Notes: generated by a model from the sequence alone, not told the origin. DNA of 64,000 nucleotides from Polyangiales bacterium (GCA_038231275.1 JBBRLQ010000014.1:64001-128000), one strand, 5' to 3'; counted from the stretch's first letter, positions 30,394 through 40,592 are shown. Numbers and translations are program-made.

Positions 30394-31809
30394 TCAGAAC
30401 GTGTAGTTCAGGCCGAAGCCGATGAGGTCTGCGCTCGCGTGGTACGTGCCGCCGTTGATGGCCTCGAGCGGCGCGTTGCCCTTCAGCGGGTTGACGCGAG
30501 GGATCTGCGCCACCTCCGGCGCCACGACCACGCTGCTCGCGAAGAAATGCGCCCACACGGCGTCGAAGCGCCAGTGCTCGCCGAAGTGAACGCTGCCGCC
30601 GAGCGAGCCGATGACCTTGTCCATGTCGAGGCTGAGCAGCGACACATACGGCACTGGCACGGCGCTCGTCTCGTACGCGATGCCGGCGCGCGCGTCGAAC
30701 GGGTAGCCGGCGATCGCGAAGCGGTACTCGCCGCCGAGCCGGTACGAATTCGAGTTGTCGAAGCTCCGCGGGAACGTGATGTTCGGGATGCGTACGGTAG
30801 GCGGCGCGCCGGTGACGCCCTGGATGGCGACGTTCTGGTTGGCCGCATCGATCGCGTGGTGCGTGGTCCACATCTCGCGCACGTAGGCGATCTCGACGCG
30901 CAGATCCGGGATGGGACGCCCCTCGACTCCGACGCGGAAGACCGCGGGCAGCTCGAAGCGCACGTGCATCGTGTCGCCTTGGAGGGTCGCGCCGTCGAAC
31001 GCGACGTCGCTCGGAAGCCGGATGCGCAGCTTGGCGTCGGCGCTCACGATCGTGGGCGTCTGTGCCGAGATTCCGACGCGCACGCGCGGCTCGGGCAGCC
31101 ACACGACGCCGACATTCGCGCTAGGGGCAAAGATCGGCCCCACGCGGATCGCGCTCGCGGCGTCGAACTCCGGCTGCTCCGGCGCGCCGAGGAGCCGGTC
31201 CTGCGGGCTGGCGCTGAACGTCACGTTCGTCTGGTAGTAGCCGACCAGTGCCTGCACGCCCGCGCCGACGCGGAGCGCCTCGATGGGCTTGTACGACGCG
31301 AAAACCCCGGTGACCGCGAGGAGCGTGCCGTCGTACGAGCCGAGCGCGTAACGTGCGGGTGACGGCTTGCCGTTCACCGTGGAAGGGTACGTGACGATGG
31401 CGGGGTACGGGGCGAAGACGCCGCCCGCGAGGGTCCACTGCTTCTTTGCATCGAGGACGATCGAGCCGGCGAGCGTGGGGATGGGGATCACGGGCGAGGA
31501 GCCGTGCACGGTGTCGGAGGTGACGGTGCGCAGCGTGCCATCCGCGTCGACGATGCGCAGGGCGCGCGTGTAGTCGGCGGAGAAGCGGAGCCACGCGGCG
31601 TCCGACAGGATGCTCGTGCCGCAGTCGGCGAGACCGGCGGGGTTGTACCAGATGGCGCCGAGATCGTCGGCGCCGGCCACGAACGCCCCGGCGCGCCCCA
31701 TCGGCCGCACGCCGCGATCGGAGAAGTAGATGCCTGCGGCGCGCGACCGCGGCGCCACGAGGGCGGCCCCAACGAAGGCGAGCGCGAGGATCGCGCGAGA
31801 GATGCGCAT
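30394..31809 (-). CDS. FadL/OmpP1-family outer-membrane long-chain fatty acid transporter
   Basis: Signal peptide, MGRAGA...ADD..A..YNPAG hatch motif, C-terminal GLNYTF. Confidence 0.88.
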   Translation of the reverse strand: MRISRAILALAFVGAALVAPRSRAAGIYFSDRGVRPMGRAGAFVAGADDLGAIWYNPAGLADCGTSILSDAAWLRFSADYTRALRIVDADGTLRTVTSDTVHGSSPVIPIPTLAGSIVLDAKKQWTLAGGVFAPYPAIVTYPSTVNGKPSPARYALGSYDGTLLAVTGVFASYKPIEALRVGAGVQALVGYYQTNVTFSASPQDRLLGAPEQPEFDAASAIRVGPIFAPSANVGVVWLPEPRVRVGISAQTPTIVSADAKLRIRLPSDVAFDGATLQGDTMHVRFELPAVFRVGVEGRPIPDLRVEIAYVREMWTTHHAIDAANQNVAIQGVTGAPPTVRIPNITFPRSFDNSNSYRLGGEYRFAIAGYPFDARAGIAYETSAVPVPYVSLLSLDMDKVIGSLGGSVHFGEHWRFDAVWAHFFASSVVVAPEVAQIPRVNPLKGNAPLEAINGGTYHASADLIGFGLNYTF

Positions 31810-34800
31810 CAGGGCAGCGTGGCCTCGCGGATGACCTCGTACACCTGCTCGAGGCCGCGCGCCGGGTTCACGCAGAAGTCCTTCACCTCGAACGCGATGC
31901 TCGCGTAGTCCGCCGCCGCGAGCTTCGTGCGCTCCTCAGGGTGCGCGCGGTTCACGTCGGCGACGACGTCGATGAGCACCTCGATCGGCGCCGGCGCGTC
32001 GGGTCCGCTCGGCGTCATCAGGTGCCCGAGCACCGCGGCCAACGCGTGGCTTGGGTCCTTCTCCCTCGCGCAGACCTCGGTGCCGTCGGGATCGCGCGAC
32101 TCGGCGAGGACCCGCGCCAGCACCTCGATCGAAGCGTCGGCGAGCGAGCGCTTCGTCACGCGCCCGTCTGTCGCCTGCGCGCGCGCGAACGCGGCCGCGA
32201 CGCCGTGGAGGAGCGGCACGAGGTTGGCGTCGTCGGCGAGCCACTGGAGGAGATCGACGGAGGCGCCCGCGGTCGCCGCATCCGCCTGCCCTTCGGGGCT
32301 CGTGAGGAGAAACTGCGCGAACCGCTCCAGCTCGGCGCGCGCGGCCGGATCGCTGCGCGCGGCCTCGAGGAGATCCACGGTCGATGCGAGCGAGGGACCA
32401 CCCACCACGTCGGCGAAGTTCTTCGGCATCGTCTCACGCGCCCACGGGCATCCACCGCCGGCGCGCGCGCTCGGGCAGCGGGCGGCCACCTGCTCGCGGA
32501 TCGCCGCGGTCAGCAGCGGGATCGCCTTCGGCACCCACCCGTTCGAAAACATCGCTTGCGTGCCCGTCCCCTTCACGCCGAAGAACGTGTCGGTGAGCTG
32601 CGAGCGCGCCGCGCGCCACGGACCCAGGCGATCCTCGGTCCCCGCGCGCGCCGCGAACGCCGCGTCGAAGGCGTGGAGCGCGTCGACGAGCAGGTAGATG
32701 GGCGTGACCTGAGGGTTCGTCGTGCCGTCGTTGCGCGTGCCGAGCTGGCTGCCGCGCCGATCGCGGAGACCGACGTTTTTCCCCGGATCGACGAGCGCGC
32801 GGATGGCGTCGGCGAGCACGGCCACGCCGTCTTTGGGCGTCGCCTTGGTGCACGCGTGCGTCGTCGCGTCCTCTGCGACGCAGTGGGGCACCGTGATGGA
32901 CTTCAGCACCGGCACGATGTCGTGCAGCGTCTGGAACAGGTCCGTCTCGAGCACGTCCGCGAGGAGCGGCTCGTAGGTCACCGCTCCGTCTTGCGCGCAC
33001 CACCGTGGGTTGGTCGCGCGCGTGCCCGTCTTCGTACACTCATCGGCCGACTGCCGCGTCGATCCCCAGTGCAAGTGCAGCGTGTCGAAGAGCTCCACGA
33101 AGAGGAGCGGCGCGCCGTGGTCCGCGAACGCCGCGGCGAGGGGCCCGACGTCCTTGATGAAGTCGAGCTGCTCGAGCGGGAAGAGCGCGTTCGGATCGCG
33201 CCCGCGCAACGTGTCGGCGAACGATCCGCACGTGCGCAGCGGGATCACTTTGCCGTCGCTCGGATCGGTGTAGGGCGTCAGCGGGCACACCATCGACGGC
33301 ACCGGATCGATGATGTCGCGCAGGAAGGCCATCGTCTGCGGGTTGCTGGCGTCTCCCGGCAGCCCATCGTGCGGCGTGTCGTAGTAGACGAGGCGTGATA
33401 CCCCGTTGACCGTCGGGTGCGTCGAGAACCCCTTGATGCCGGACACCGTCTCGAGGAAGGCGTCGGCCCCTCCCACGACGCCCGTGAGCGGCGACGCCAC
33501 CAGCTGCGCGAGGCACGGATCGCGGATGTCGAACTTGGCGCGCCCGAGCGCGACGTCGAGGAGCAGCGCGGCGACGTTCTCGATGCGCAGGATCCCGCAC
33601 AGCGGGAGCTTCGCGGGCGGCAGGGTCCCGGTGAGGAGGACACACGCGGCCTGCGCGGTGAAGTCCGTCGGGTAGTCGAGCGCGAGGCCCTTCCACTTCA
33701 CGTGCGCCACCGCGCCGTCCTTCGTGCACGCGCCGAGTCCATTCGCGTCGTGGAGCAGCTGCATGAATCGCTGCAGATCGCTGCGATTGGTCCCCGTGTC
33801 CGGGAGCGTGCGGTCGACCGGCGTCTTCATCGGCGAAACGCTCTGCGTCGTCAGGTCGAATGCGTCGCCGTTCAAGTTCTGCTTGTCGTAGGTGAGCTCG
33901 TCTTTGTAGGCGACGTACGCGTGGAAGGCGTTTCGGACGGCCAGCGTCTCGTCCTTGCCGAACGCCAGGAACAGATCCTCGAGGATCCCCGGCGTCTGCG
34001 CGATCTTTGCGAAGGTGTCGAGGAGCTCGTCCCACAGAGTCGACGTCGCCGGGATCTTCGCCTCGGGGTGCTTGTCTGCGATCGCCTTGATCTGCAGCCC
34101 AATCCCGACGAGGCGCGCGAGCTCCTGCGGGTGCTGGTCGGCGAGCGCGTGGACGAACGCGAGCGTGTCGTCCGTCGTATCGGGCGCGAGGATTTGTCCC
34201 ACGGCGTACGCGAGGTCGACGAGCGGCGCGTCGTCCGAATGAAACGCGCGGTACGGCAGCGTCGCGCCGGTCGAATACGTGCGCGTCGAGGTCGCGCCCG
34301 CGTCGCGGCTTCCGAGGACGATCGGCAGACCCCCCACCAGGCCCATGATCGCCTCGCGTCCGTGGGACGGATCCGGATCGAGCAGCGGCGCGAGGCTTTG
34401 AAGGAGAGACCCAAGGAGGGTGCGGCTCGTGTCGACGTAGTTGTAGAGGGGCAGCCGTCCGAAGGCGTCGCGCGTGGCGCCGTCGGTGCCGTCCGCGGCG
34501 AAGAACGGCGAAGGCGCGGGCGCGCCGTTCGTGGTGACGAACTGGCCGAGCGCGTCGAGATCCGCGAGGCCGTCCTTGTCGCCGTCGACGAAGAGCGAAG
34601 GCAGCTGACCGGCGGGGCGCGCCACATCGGCGACGCCGCGCGGATCGCGGACGACCACGTAGCGCGGCGCGCCCGACGTGAAGGCCGAGTCCTCCGTCAA
34701 GAGCAGCGTGCGCGCGAGCTCCAGGCTGCCGCGCGGTCGCGAGAGGACGAGCCGCGACGGATCGGTGGGATCGGGCAGCGCGGCGAGCGGAGGCGCCGGC

Positions 34801-35639
34801 GGATCGATGGTGGACGCGCGCAGCTCTTCGTGGAGCGTCGCCATGAGCTGCTGCAGGTCCTCGCTCGCCTTGCCTCGCGACGACACGATGCCGAGCAGCG
34901 CGTTGGCGAGCGGGACGAGGTGCGGGTAAGACAGCGCGGGACGTGCCATGCCGGTCGCGACCCCCGCGGGCCGGTACCCCTGTCGCGCGTCGAAGCGCGC
35001 GAGCGCGGCCTGCGTGTCGGGCGACGCGCGCACCCCCTCCATCACGTCGGCGAGCGCCTCGGTGAGCATCGGGATCGTGCGATCGTCGTAGAGATCGACG
35101 ATGCGTCCGAGCGTGGCGCCGAGCTCCTTCTGGAGCGACGCCTCACCGGTCTTGCCGCTCGGCGCGGCGCAGCTCGCGCGCGGATCGGTGGCGCCGAGAT
35201 CCTTGACGCCGATCGTCTCGGTCGACGGGACGGCGTGATCGATCGCGGCGGCAAAATCCTCACGCCGTCGCGCGAGGGCCTCGATGCGGGCGATGCGGTG
35301 GGCGCGGTTCGCCTGCTGCGTCGGCAGCGAGACCACGTGGCCGGCCTCGTCGGTGGCGTTGGGGTCGAGCAGAACCAGCTGGGACGTGTCGACCTTGTCG
35401 GCCCACGTGCCGCCGGCGCTTGGGTGGCAGACGGCGTGGAACGAAGCGCCGGTCACGTCCTCGCGGAGGGCCTGGGCACCGACGCGATCGCACACCAGGC
35501 CGAAGAGCTCGTGACCGAGGGTGCCTCGCGGCGGCGTCGCGCGCGCGGTATCGAAGTCGGCGGCGCAGGCGAAGCACAGCGCGGACAAGAGGACGCCGAA
35601 GACCCAACCTCGGCCGGTGCTACGACGAAAGACTCCCAC
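31809..35639 (-). CDS. Very large (1276 aa) lipoprotein of unknown function
   Basis: Lipobox CFAC; helical Leu/Ala-rich body with paired Cys; DGDKDG Ca-binding-like loop; TGATG coupling to the FadL-like gene. Confidence 0.8.
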   Translation of the reverse strand: MGVFRRSTGRGWVFGVLLSALCFACAADFDTARATPPRGTLGHELFGLVCDRVGAQALREDVTGASFHAVCHPSAGGTWADKVDTSQLVLLDPNATDEAGHVVSLPTQQANRAHRIARIEALARRREDFAAAIDHAVPSTETIGVKDLGATDPRASCAAPSGKTGEASLQKELGATLGRIVDLYDDRTIPMLTEALADVMEGVRASPDTQAALARFDARQGYRPAGVATGMARPALSYPHLVPLANALLGIVSSRGKASEDLQQLMATLHEELRASTIDPPAPPLAALPDPTDPSRLVLSRPRGSLELARTLLLTEDSAFTSGAPRYVVVRDPRGVADVARPAGQLPSLFVDGDKDGLADLDALGQFVTTNGAPAPSPFFAADGTDGATRDAFGRLPLYNYVDTSRTLLGSLLQSLAPLLDPDPSHGREAIMGLVGGLPIVLGSRDAGATSTRTYSTGATLPYRAFHSDDAPLVDLAYAVGQILAPDTTDDTLAFVHALADQHPQELARLVGIGLQIKAIADKHPEAKIPATSTLWDELLDTFAKIAQTPGILEDLFLAFGKDETLAVRNAFHAYVAYKDELTYDKQNLNGDAFDLTTQSVSPMKTPVDRTLPDTGTNRSDLQRFMQLLHDANGLGACTKDGAVAHVKWKGLALDYPTDFTAQAACVLLTGTLPPAKLPLCGILRIENVAALLLDVALGRAKFDIRDPCLAQLVASPLTGVVGGADAFLETVSGIKGFSTHPTVNGVSRLVYYDTPHDGLPGDASNPQTMAFLRDIIDPVPSMVCPLTPYTDPSDGKVIPLRTCGSFADTLRGRDPNALFPLEQLDFIKDVGPLAAAFADHGAPLLFVELFDTLHLHWGSTRQSADECTKTGTRATNPRWCAQDGAVTYEPLLADVLETDLFQTLHDIVPVLKSITVPHCVAEDATTHACTKATPKDGVAVLADAIRALVDPGKNVGLRDRRGSQLGTRNDGTTNPQVTPIYLLVDALHAFDAAFAARAGTEDRLGPWRAARSQLTDTFFGVKGTGTQAMFSNGWVPKAIPLLTAAIREQVAARCPSARAGGGCPWARETMPKNFADVVGGPSLASTVDLLEAARSDPAARAELERFAQFLLTSPEGQADAATAGASVDLLQWLADDANLVPLLHGVAAAFARAQATDGRVTKRSLADASIEVLARVLAESRDPDGTEVCAREKDPSHALAAVLGHLMTPSGPDAPAPIEVLIDVVADVNRAHPEERTKLAAADYASIAFEVKDFCVNPARGLEQVYEVIREATLP

Positions 35640-35683
35640 GACCCCGAGGGGACGATAGCACCAGAAAAGGCGGCCGACCCGGC

Positions 35684-36889
35684 CTACTTGCCGTACGTCA
35701 CCTGCGAGAACGGCGCGGCCGGTTTGCCGAAGAAATAGCCCTGGAAGACGTCACACCCGAGGCCGACGAGGGTGTCGCGCTCGGCCTCCGTCTCGACGCC
35801 CTCGGCGATGAGCATGATGTTGAGATCGCGGCAAAGGTGCACCATCGACCCGACCAGCTTCTGCTTCGTCGGCGTCTTGTTGATGTCGCGCACGAGCGCC
35901 ATGTCGAGCTTCACGACGTCCGGCTCGAGCATCGCGAAGCTCGTGAGGCCCGCGTAGCCCGCCCCGATGTCGTCGATGGCGATGCGATAGCCCATCGCGC
36001 GCAGATCCCGGACGCGCGCGTGCACGTCGTCGACCTGGTGGAGGCTGGCGCGCTCGGTGATCTCGAGAACCACGCGGCCGGCGATCTTCGCGAGGGCAGA
36101 CTCGCGGTCGAACAGGCTCGAGTCGTTGAGATCGCGCGTGTGGAGGTTCACGAAGAGGAGCGCGTCCTCGGGCGCCTTGTTCATCGGCAGCGGGGAGATC
36201 TGACGGATGACGCGCCCCAGCGCCTCGACCTGCCCGATGCGCTCGGCGGCGTCGAAGAGCGCGCCCGGATGCGGCAGCGCGGGCTCGGCGGAGCGCACGA
36301 GCGCTTCGTAACCGAGGATCCTGCGCTCGGAGAAGCGAACGATGGGCTGGTAGACCATGAACAGCGCTGCGAGCGCGCGCGAGAGAGCGGCCTTGAGGCC
36401 AGCCCGCTCGCCCATCTGCTTGTCGTAGTCGCCGAAGATCGCCGCGGCCTGCTTCTTCAGGACGGCCATGCGCCGCAAGTGGAGCCCGTCGCGCAGCGCA
36501 CGCTCCATCGCGTCCTTGGCGACCGGCTTGAGCAGGTAACGCAGGGCGCCGTACTCGAGCGCGTACGCTGCCGACTCGGTCGAGGGGCACGCGGTCATGA
36601 GGATGACCGGGAGATCGGGATCCCGGCGCCGTACCTCACGCAGGAAGTCGATCCCGGTCATGCCGGGCATCGTGAGATCGGAGATGACGACGTCGACCGG
36701 CTCCTGCGCGAGGATCTCGAGGCCTATTTCGCCGCTGGCCGCGGTAGCGACCGCGTAGCCCTGACCGGCGAGCACGCGGGAGTACGCGCGCAAGATGGCC
36801 TGCTCGTCGTCGACGATGAGCACCCGAGGCTTGCCTCCGGTCCCATCGACGATGCCGTCGACGACAGCCGCGGAGAGGTTCTCGTCCAT
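35684..36889 (-). CDS. Response regulator with EAL domain (c-di-GMP phosphodiesterase)
   Basis: REC domain (IVDDE, SDLTMPGMTG, YLLKP) plus YQPI, EALVR, EITE, DDIGAGY, EGVE. Confidence 0.93.
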   Translation of the reverse strand: MDENLSAAVVDGIVDGTGGKPRVLIVDDEQAILRAYSRVLAGQGYAVATAASGEIGLEILAQEPVDVVISDLTMPGMTGIDFLREVRRRDPDLPVILMTACPSTESAAYALEYGALRYLLKPVAKDAMERALRDGLHLRRMAVLKKQAAAIFGDYDKQMGERAGLKAALSRALAALFMVYQPIVRFSERRILGYEALVRSAEPALPHPGALFDAAERIGQVEALGRVIRQISPLPMNKAPEDALLFVNLHTRDLNDSSLFDRESALAKIAGRVVLEITERASLHQVDDVHARVRDLRAMGYRIAIDDIGAGYAGLTSFAMLEPDVVKLDMALVRDINKTPTKQKLVGSMVHLCRDLNIMLIAEGVETEAERDTLVGLGCDVFQGYFFGKPAAPFSQVTYGK

Positions 36890-36968
36890 GCCACTCTGGA
36901 CGACCAAACGGGCTCGTTCCTTTAGGGAAATTCCGTCGTGTGCGGACCTGTGGCCGGCAGCGGGACCG

Positions 36969-37703
36969 TCAAAAATTCTTGGCCGTGAGGAGCGCCTCGT
37001 AACCGTTGCTGCCCGTGGCGTCTCGGTAGGACCAGTGGACTGGCCCGACACCACGACAGAAGATCGTGTAGGACGGGCCCGCGGTGTCTTGCGCCTTCCA
37101 GCAGCTCGAGAACGTGCCGGCGGGGACGGTGACCGCGCCGACGTCGTGCCACGCGTAGCTCGTGACGCCGTTGGACCATGTGTGTCCCTCGACCACCGGC
37201 GCGTCGAGGACCAGGACCCAGGTTGCCGCGTCGTCCCAGTACACGACGTCGCCGTCGACGGCGTAGTAGACGCTGCCGAGGCCGGTGCAGAACGACTGCG
37301 TCTCGTACGCGAGCTTGCCGTCGCGCTGGGCGGAGCCGAGGACTTTGGCCTGGTGCGAGCCGGTCGCGCAGTACGGGTAGACGCCGACTTGCGTGACGTC
37401 GAACGTCCACGCGTTGCCGACGACGATCGGATCGATCGGCGCCAACTTGGGGCCGCCATCGGTCCCTGCGTCGCCGTTTCCTGCGGCGTCGTGTTGGGGG
37501 CCGCCGTCCGCAAGAGGAGGCGTGACGCCGCCGTCACCCGGATCGCCACCGCCGTCTTGACCCCCGGCGCCGCCGTCACCCGTTGCGCCGAGCCCGCCGG
37601 TGCCGCTGCTCCCTCCGCAGCCGATGGATCCGAGCGAGGCGAGCGAGGCAAGCGAGGCGACCGCGACGAAGGTGAAGACGGGGAACGAGTGCATGGGCTT
37701 CAT
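36969..37703 (-). CDS. Hypothetical lipoprotein (VTVPAGTF-motif beta domain)
   Basis: Lipobox SIGC, DGG linker, VTVPAGTF...GVGPV motif. Confidence 0.75.
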   Translation of the reverse strand: MKPMHSFPVFTFVAVASLASLASLGSIGCGGSSGTGGLGATGDGGAGGQDGGGDPGDGGVTPPLADGGPQHDAAGNGDAGTDGGPKLAPIDPIVVGNAWTFDVTQVGVYPYCATGSHQAKVLGSAQRDGKLAYETQSFCTGLGSVYYAVDGDVVYWDDAATWVLVLDAPVVEGHTWSNGVTSYAWHDVGAVTVPAGTFSSCWKAQDTAGPSYTIFCRGVGPVHWSYRDATGSNGYEALLTAKNF

Positions 37704-37729
37704 GGGAAGTGAGACTCCTTGTGACATGT

Positions 37730-38992
37730 TCACGTGCCGCAGGCGAGCGACTGGCAAGCGTTGACCTCGGTGGCGCAATGCGCGAGCACGCACTGGCTGC
37801 ACGCCGCGCCGTACACCGCGCACTCGGTCGCGCAGTGGCTCTGTCCGCAGAGGAGCTCCGGAAAGAGCACGCCGGTGACGTTGGGGCAGCTGTCGGTGAT
37901 GCACTTCTGGAAGCACGGCCCCACGTCGGCCTTACCGTCTCCGAACGACGGCGCCTCGCTGCGCGCGCAGGTCTGGATGCAGCTCGACGTTTGCGCGCAC
38001 GAGCGATCGCCGCCGCCGTGCTCGTCGCCGTCGTGGCAGTCGTCTTCGTCGACGTTCCCCTCCGGGTAGTAAAAAGCGGAGAACATGCACATTTCGTTGG
38101 CCTCGGCGCTGAGGCCCTGGACGACGTCGGCGGGATCGTCGCTCGCGAAGTCGCACGCGAAACGCACGAATGAGCCGGCCGGGGCCACCAGCGGGCCGCG
38201 GTAATAGGGAGGGTGCTGCCAGTCGTTCGTCGTGAAGAACGGCGCGGCGGTGGGGGCCGCTCCCGGGAGATCGAGGAACGCGCGGTAGCCGACGCCGCGC
38301 CGGTGCATGTGCGAGCCGGCGCTCACGATCGTCACGTCGTGCTTCACCGGGCAGCGCATGCGCGCGGTGCCCGATCCGTGCGCGGGCACGTGGATGTACG
38401 GATCGTAGAAGCGAAACGTCCCCACACGGTGACGCACGTTCGCGGCAGGCGTCGTGCGAAGCTCGACATGCACGCGCGCGGTCGTCGCCGCCGCGCCGGC
38501 GTTCAGGAAGTGCGCTTGGAAGAGGAGGACGTCACCGCCCTTGAACGCCAGTGCCGCGCCGTCGGGAAAGTCCGCGGTCTCGCCGCGAAGCTGCCCGCCC
38601 GTCACGAAGCCGCGCTCGTACCGCATCACGCCTTGCCCCTCGAAGCAGTCGAGCGGCGTATCCATCGGCAGCGGCGGATCGATCGGCGCGGTACGAAAGA
38701 GGAGGAAGTGGTGCGTGCCGGCCGTGGTCGTGTAGTCGCCGCCGCTCACGAAGATCTCGGCCTCGCCGCTCGCGGCGGCCGGCATCCGAACGAGCTGGCA
38801 AACGTGGGACTCCTCCGACGCGCCGACGTTCGCCGAGAGATCGAACGCGATGACGTTCCCGGCAGTCGCGTCGGCGGCGCCTGCATCGGGGCCGGGGGGC
38901 GCAGGCGACAGAGAAGAGGAGGAGGACCCGCTGCACCCAAAAAGGGCGCTGGCGACGACCGTGGACAAGACGAACGAGACGAAGGGGCGCAT
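37730..38992 (-). CDS. Copper type II ascorbate-dependent monooxygenase-like (PHM/DBH fold) lipoprotein with Cys-rich tail
   Basis: CuH ligands THH and AHFLN; CuM ligands SHMH and NEMC; lipobox LFGC. Confidence 0.85.
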   Translation of the reverse strand: MRPFVSFVLSTVVASALFGCSGSSSSSLSPAPPGPDAGAADATAGNVIAFDLSANVGASEESHVCQLVRMPAAASGEAEIFVSGGDYTTTAGTHHFLLFRTAPIDPPLPMDTPLDCFEGQGVMRYERGFVTGGQLRGETADFPDGAALAFKGGDVLLFQAHFLNAGAAATTARVHVELRTTPAANVRHRVGTFRFYDPYIHVPAHGSGTARMRCPVKHDVTIVSAGSHMHRRGVGYRAFLDLPGAAPTAAPFFTTNDWQHPPYYRGPLVAPAGSFVRFACDFASDDPADVVQGLSAEANEMCMFSAFYYPEGNVDEDDCHDGDEHGGGDRSCAQTSSCIQTCARSEAPSFGDGKADVGPCFQKCITDSCPNVTGVLFPELLCGQSHCATECAVYGAACSQCVLAHCATEVNACQSLACGT

Positions 38993-39142
38993 CGAACGGT
39001 GCGTGGAGCCGCCCCGTCCGTTTTCTCAACCCAACACCCCGAAACCGTCGATTTTTCCCGAACGAGACCGCGCGGTCACACCGCTGTGCCCTACGGTTCA
39101 CGATTTGGATGACGGAACGAGCCCCCCCAGGCATGAGAGAGG

Positions 39143-39541
39143 ATGCGCGCGAGGAGGACCTGGGCCGTGCTTTTCGGCACGCTGGGCGCGTGCGCGTCAT
39201 TTGCCTCGGTTCGAAAGGATGCCGTCGACCTCGTCGCCGATGTCCGCGCGTGCAAGGCAGCCGACACCTGCGTGATGATGCCGGCGTTCGACCGCGACTG
39301 CACCGGGGTCCTCGGGTGCCCTTTTCCGATCCGCGCCGGTCGCGAGGCGGAGACCGTCTCGCGTGGCGACGACATCGTGGAGCGCAGCCGCTCGACGAAC
39401 GAGTGCGCGACCGCGTTTTGTGACACGACGGTCCGAGACACCGCGATGTGCGATCCGGCGGCGGGTCGCTGCGTCGTCGTGCCTCTCGTCGCGTTCGACG
39501 CGGGGGGCGACGCGCCGGTCTTCAGCCGCGACGCGCAGTGA
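39143..39541 (+). CDS. Small secreted Cys-containing hypothetical protein
   Basis: Signal with LGAC, 8 further Cys; GAGAGG upstream. Confidence 0.55.
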   Translation: MRARRTWAVLFGTLGACASFASVRKDAVDLVADVRACKAADTCVMMPAFDRDCTGVLGCPFPIRAGREAETVSRGDDIVERSRSTNECATAFCDTTVRDTAMCDPAAGRCVVVPLVAFDAGGDAPVFSRDAQ

Positions 39542-40381
39542 TCACTGGCACTGCCCCGCGACGCACGTAGTGACGCCCGGGCATTGGTTGTCGTGATGAC
39601 AGCCGGCGACGCACTGGCCGGCGGTGCAAATCTGGCCGGAGCCGTCGTTGCCGGGATTGCAGTCGCCGTCACCCGCGCAGCTCGCGCCGCCCGAGGGAGG
39701 GGGAGGCGGCGGCGGAGGCGGCGGGGGCGGCGGCGGATCCGGCGGCGGGGTCGGAGGCGGATTCGGGTCCGGCGTCGGAGTCGGGGTCGGATCCGGCGGC
39801 GGCGTCGGGTCGGCGGACATGCCGTTCTCGCGGATCGGCTTGAAGCCACCGGCGTGGAGCGACGACGTCGTGCGCGCGCGGAACTGCATGTCGCTCGCGG
39901 TGTTCGCCTCCTCGAGGACGCACGCGCTCGAGCGCGTGGGGCTGGCCCATCCCAGGAACAATACGACGTGCCCCGCGCCGCCCGAGCGATGCACGATCGC
40001 GTCGCCGGGGATGAGATCGTCGTACGAGTGGAGCAGGTGCGAATCGCCGCCGCCGCTCGCGAAGTCGGCGGTGGTGAACGACTGGCCGAGGTGCCAGCAC
40101 ATCGACACGAAACCGGAGCAGTCCGTCCGGTACCCTTCGTGCGACGACGTCTGGCTGTACGGCACGTGCTGGTCGTACCAGTGGAAGCCGCGCGTGATCG
40201 CGGTGCGCCGCGCGCCGGTGACCGAGGCGAGGATCTGGGTGCGGTTGCAGGCGGCTGACGTGTCGATGGCCGCCGACGACTCGCCGACGTCGCCGGTGTC
40301 CTCCGAGGGGGGAGCGGCCGAGCACGCGCCGAGGAGTCCGAGAGCCGCGAACGCGAACGAAAAGGGGGATCGATGAAGCAT
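39542..40381 (-). CDS. NlpC/P60-like peptidoglycan hydrolase lipoprotein with Pro-rich stalk and Cys-rich C-terminal domain
   Basis: VPYSQ, YRTDCSGFVSM (catalytic Cys), PGDAI, GHVVLF; lipobox LGAC. Confidence 0.85.
   Translation of the reverse strand: MLHRSPFSFAFAALGLLGACSAAPPSEDTGDVGESSAAIDTSAACNRTQILASVTGARRTAITRGFHWYDQHVPYSQTSSHEGYRTDCSGFVSMCWHLGQSFTTADFASGGGDSHLLHSYDDLIPGDAIVHRSGGAGHVVLFLGWASPTRSSACVLEEANTASDMQFRARTTSSLHAGGFKPIRENGMSADPTPPPDPTPTPTPDPNPPPTPPPDPPPPPPPPPPPPPPSGGASCAGDGDCNPGNDGSGQICTAGQCVAGCHHDNQCPGVTTCVAGQCQ
39694..39812 (-). repeat. Poly-proline / PT-PD low-complexity linker
   Basis: Encodes DPTPPPDPTPTPTPDPNPPPTPPPDPPPPPPPPPPPPPP. Confidence 0.85.
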
Positions 40382-40592
40382 GGTCCGCGCATTGAGCAAG
40401 ACGTGGACCGTGTGCTCGGAGCAGACGAATCGCTCGGCACCGCAACTTCCCTGGGTCGCGACTGGAATTCACCGTCCGCCACGTCACGTCGCGTCGCATC
40501 GCGGCGACGCCACCGGTTCGCCGGCGATCCTGTGGGATGCCGTGGGATGACTCGTTGACGACCCGGTGCGCGAACCCTACTCACGGAGCGCG

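Noticed and set aside
36890..37651. N-terminal extension of the REC-EAL ORF (listed as 655 aa)
   Set aside because: Overlaps the lipoprotein gene 36969-37703 in another frame; the real start is near 36889.
39690..39815. Possible CRISPR or non-coding repeat array
   Set aside because: The short GC repeats encode a Pro-rich linker; no constant repeat-spacer pattern or cas genes anywhere in the window.
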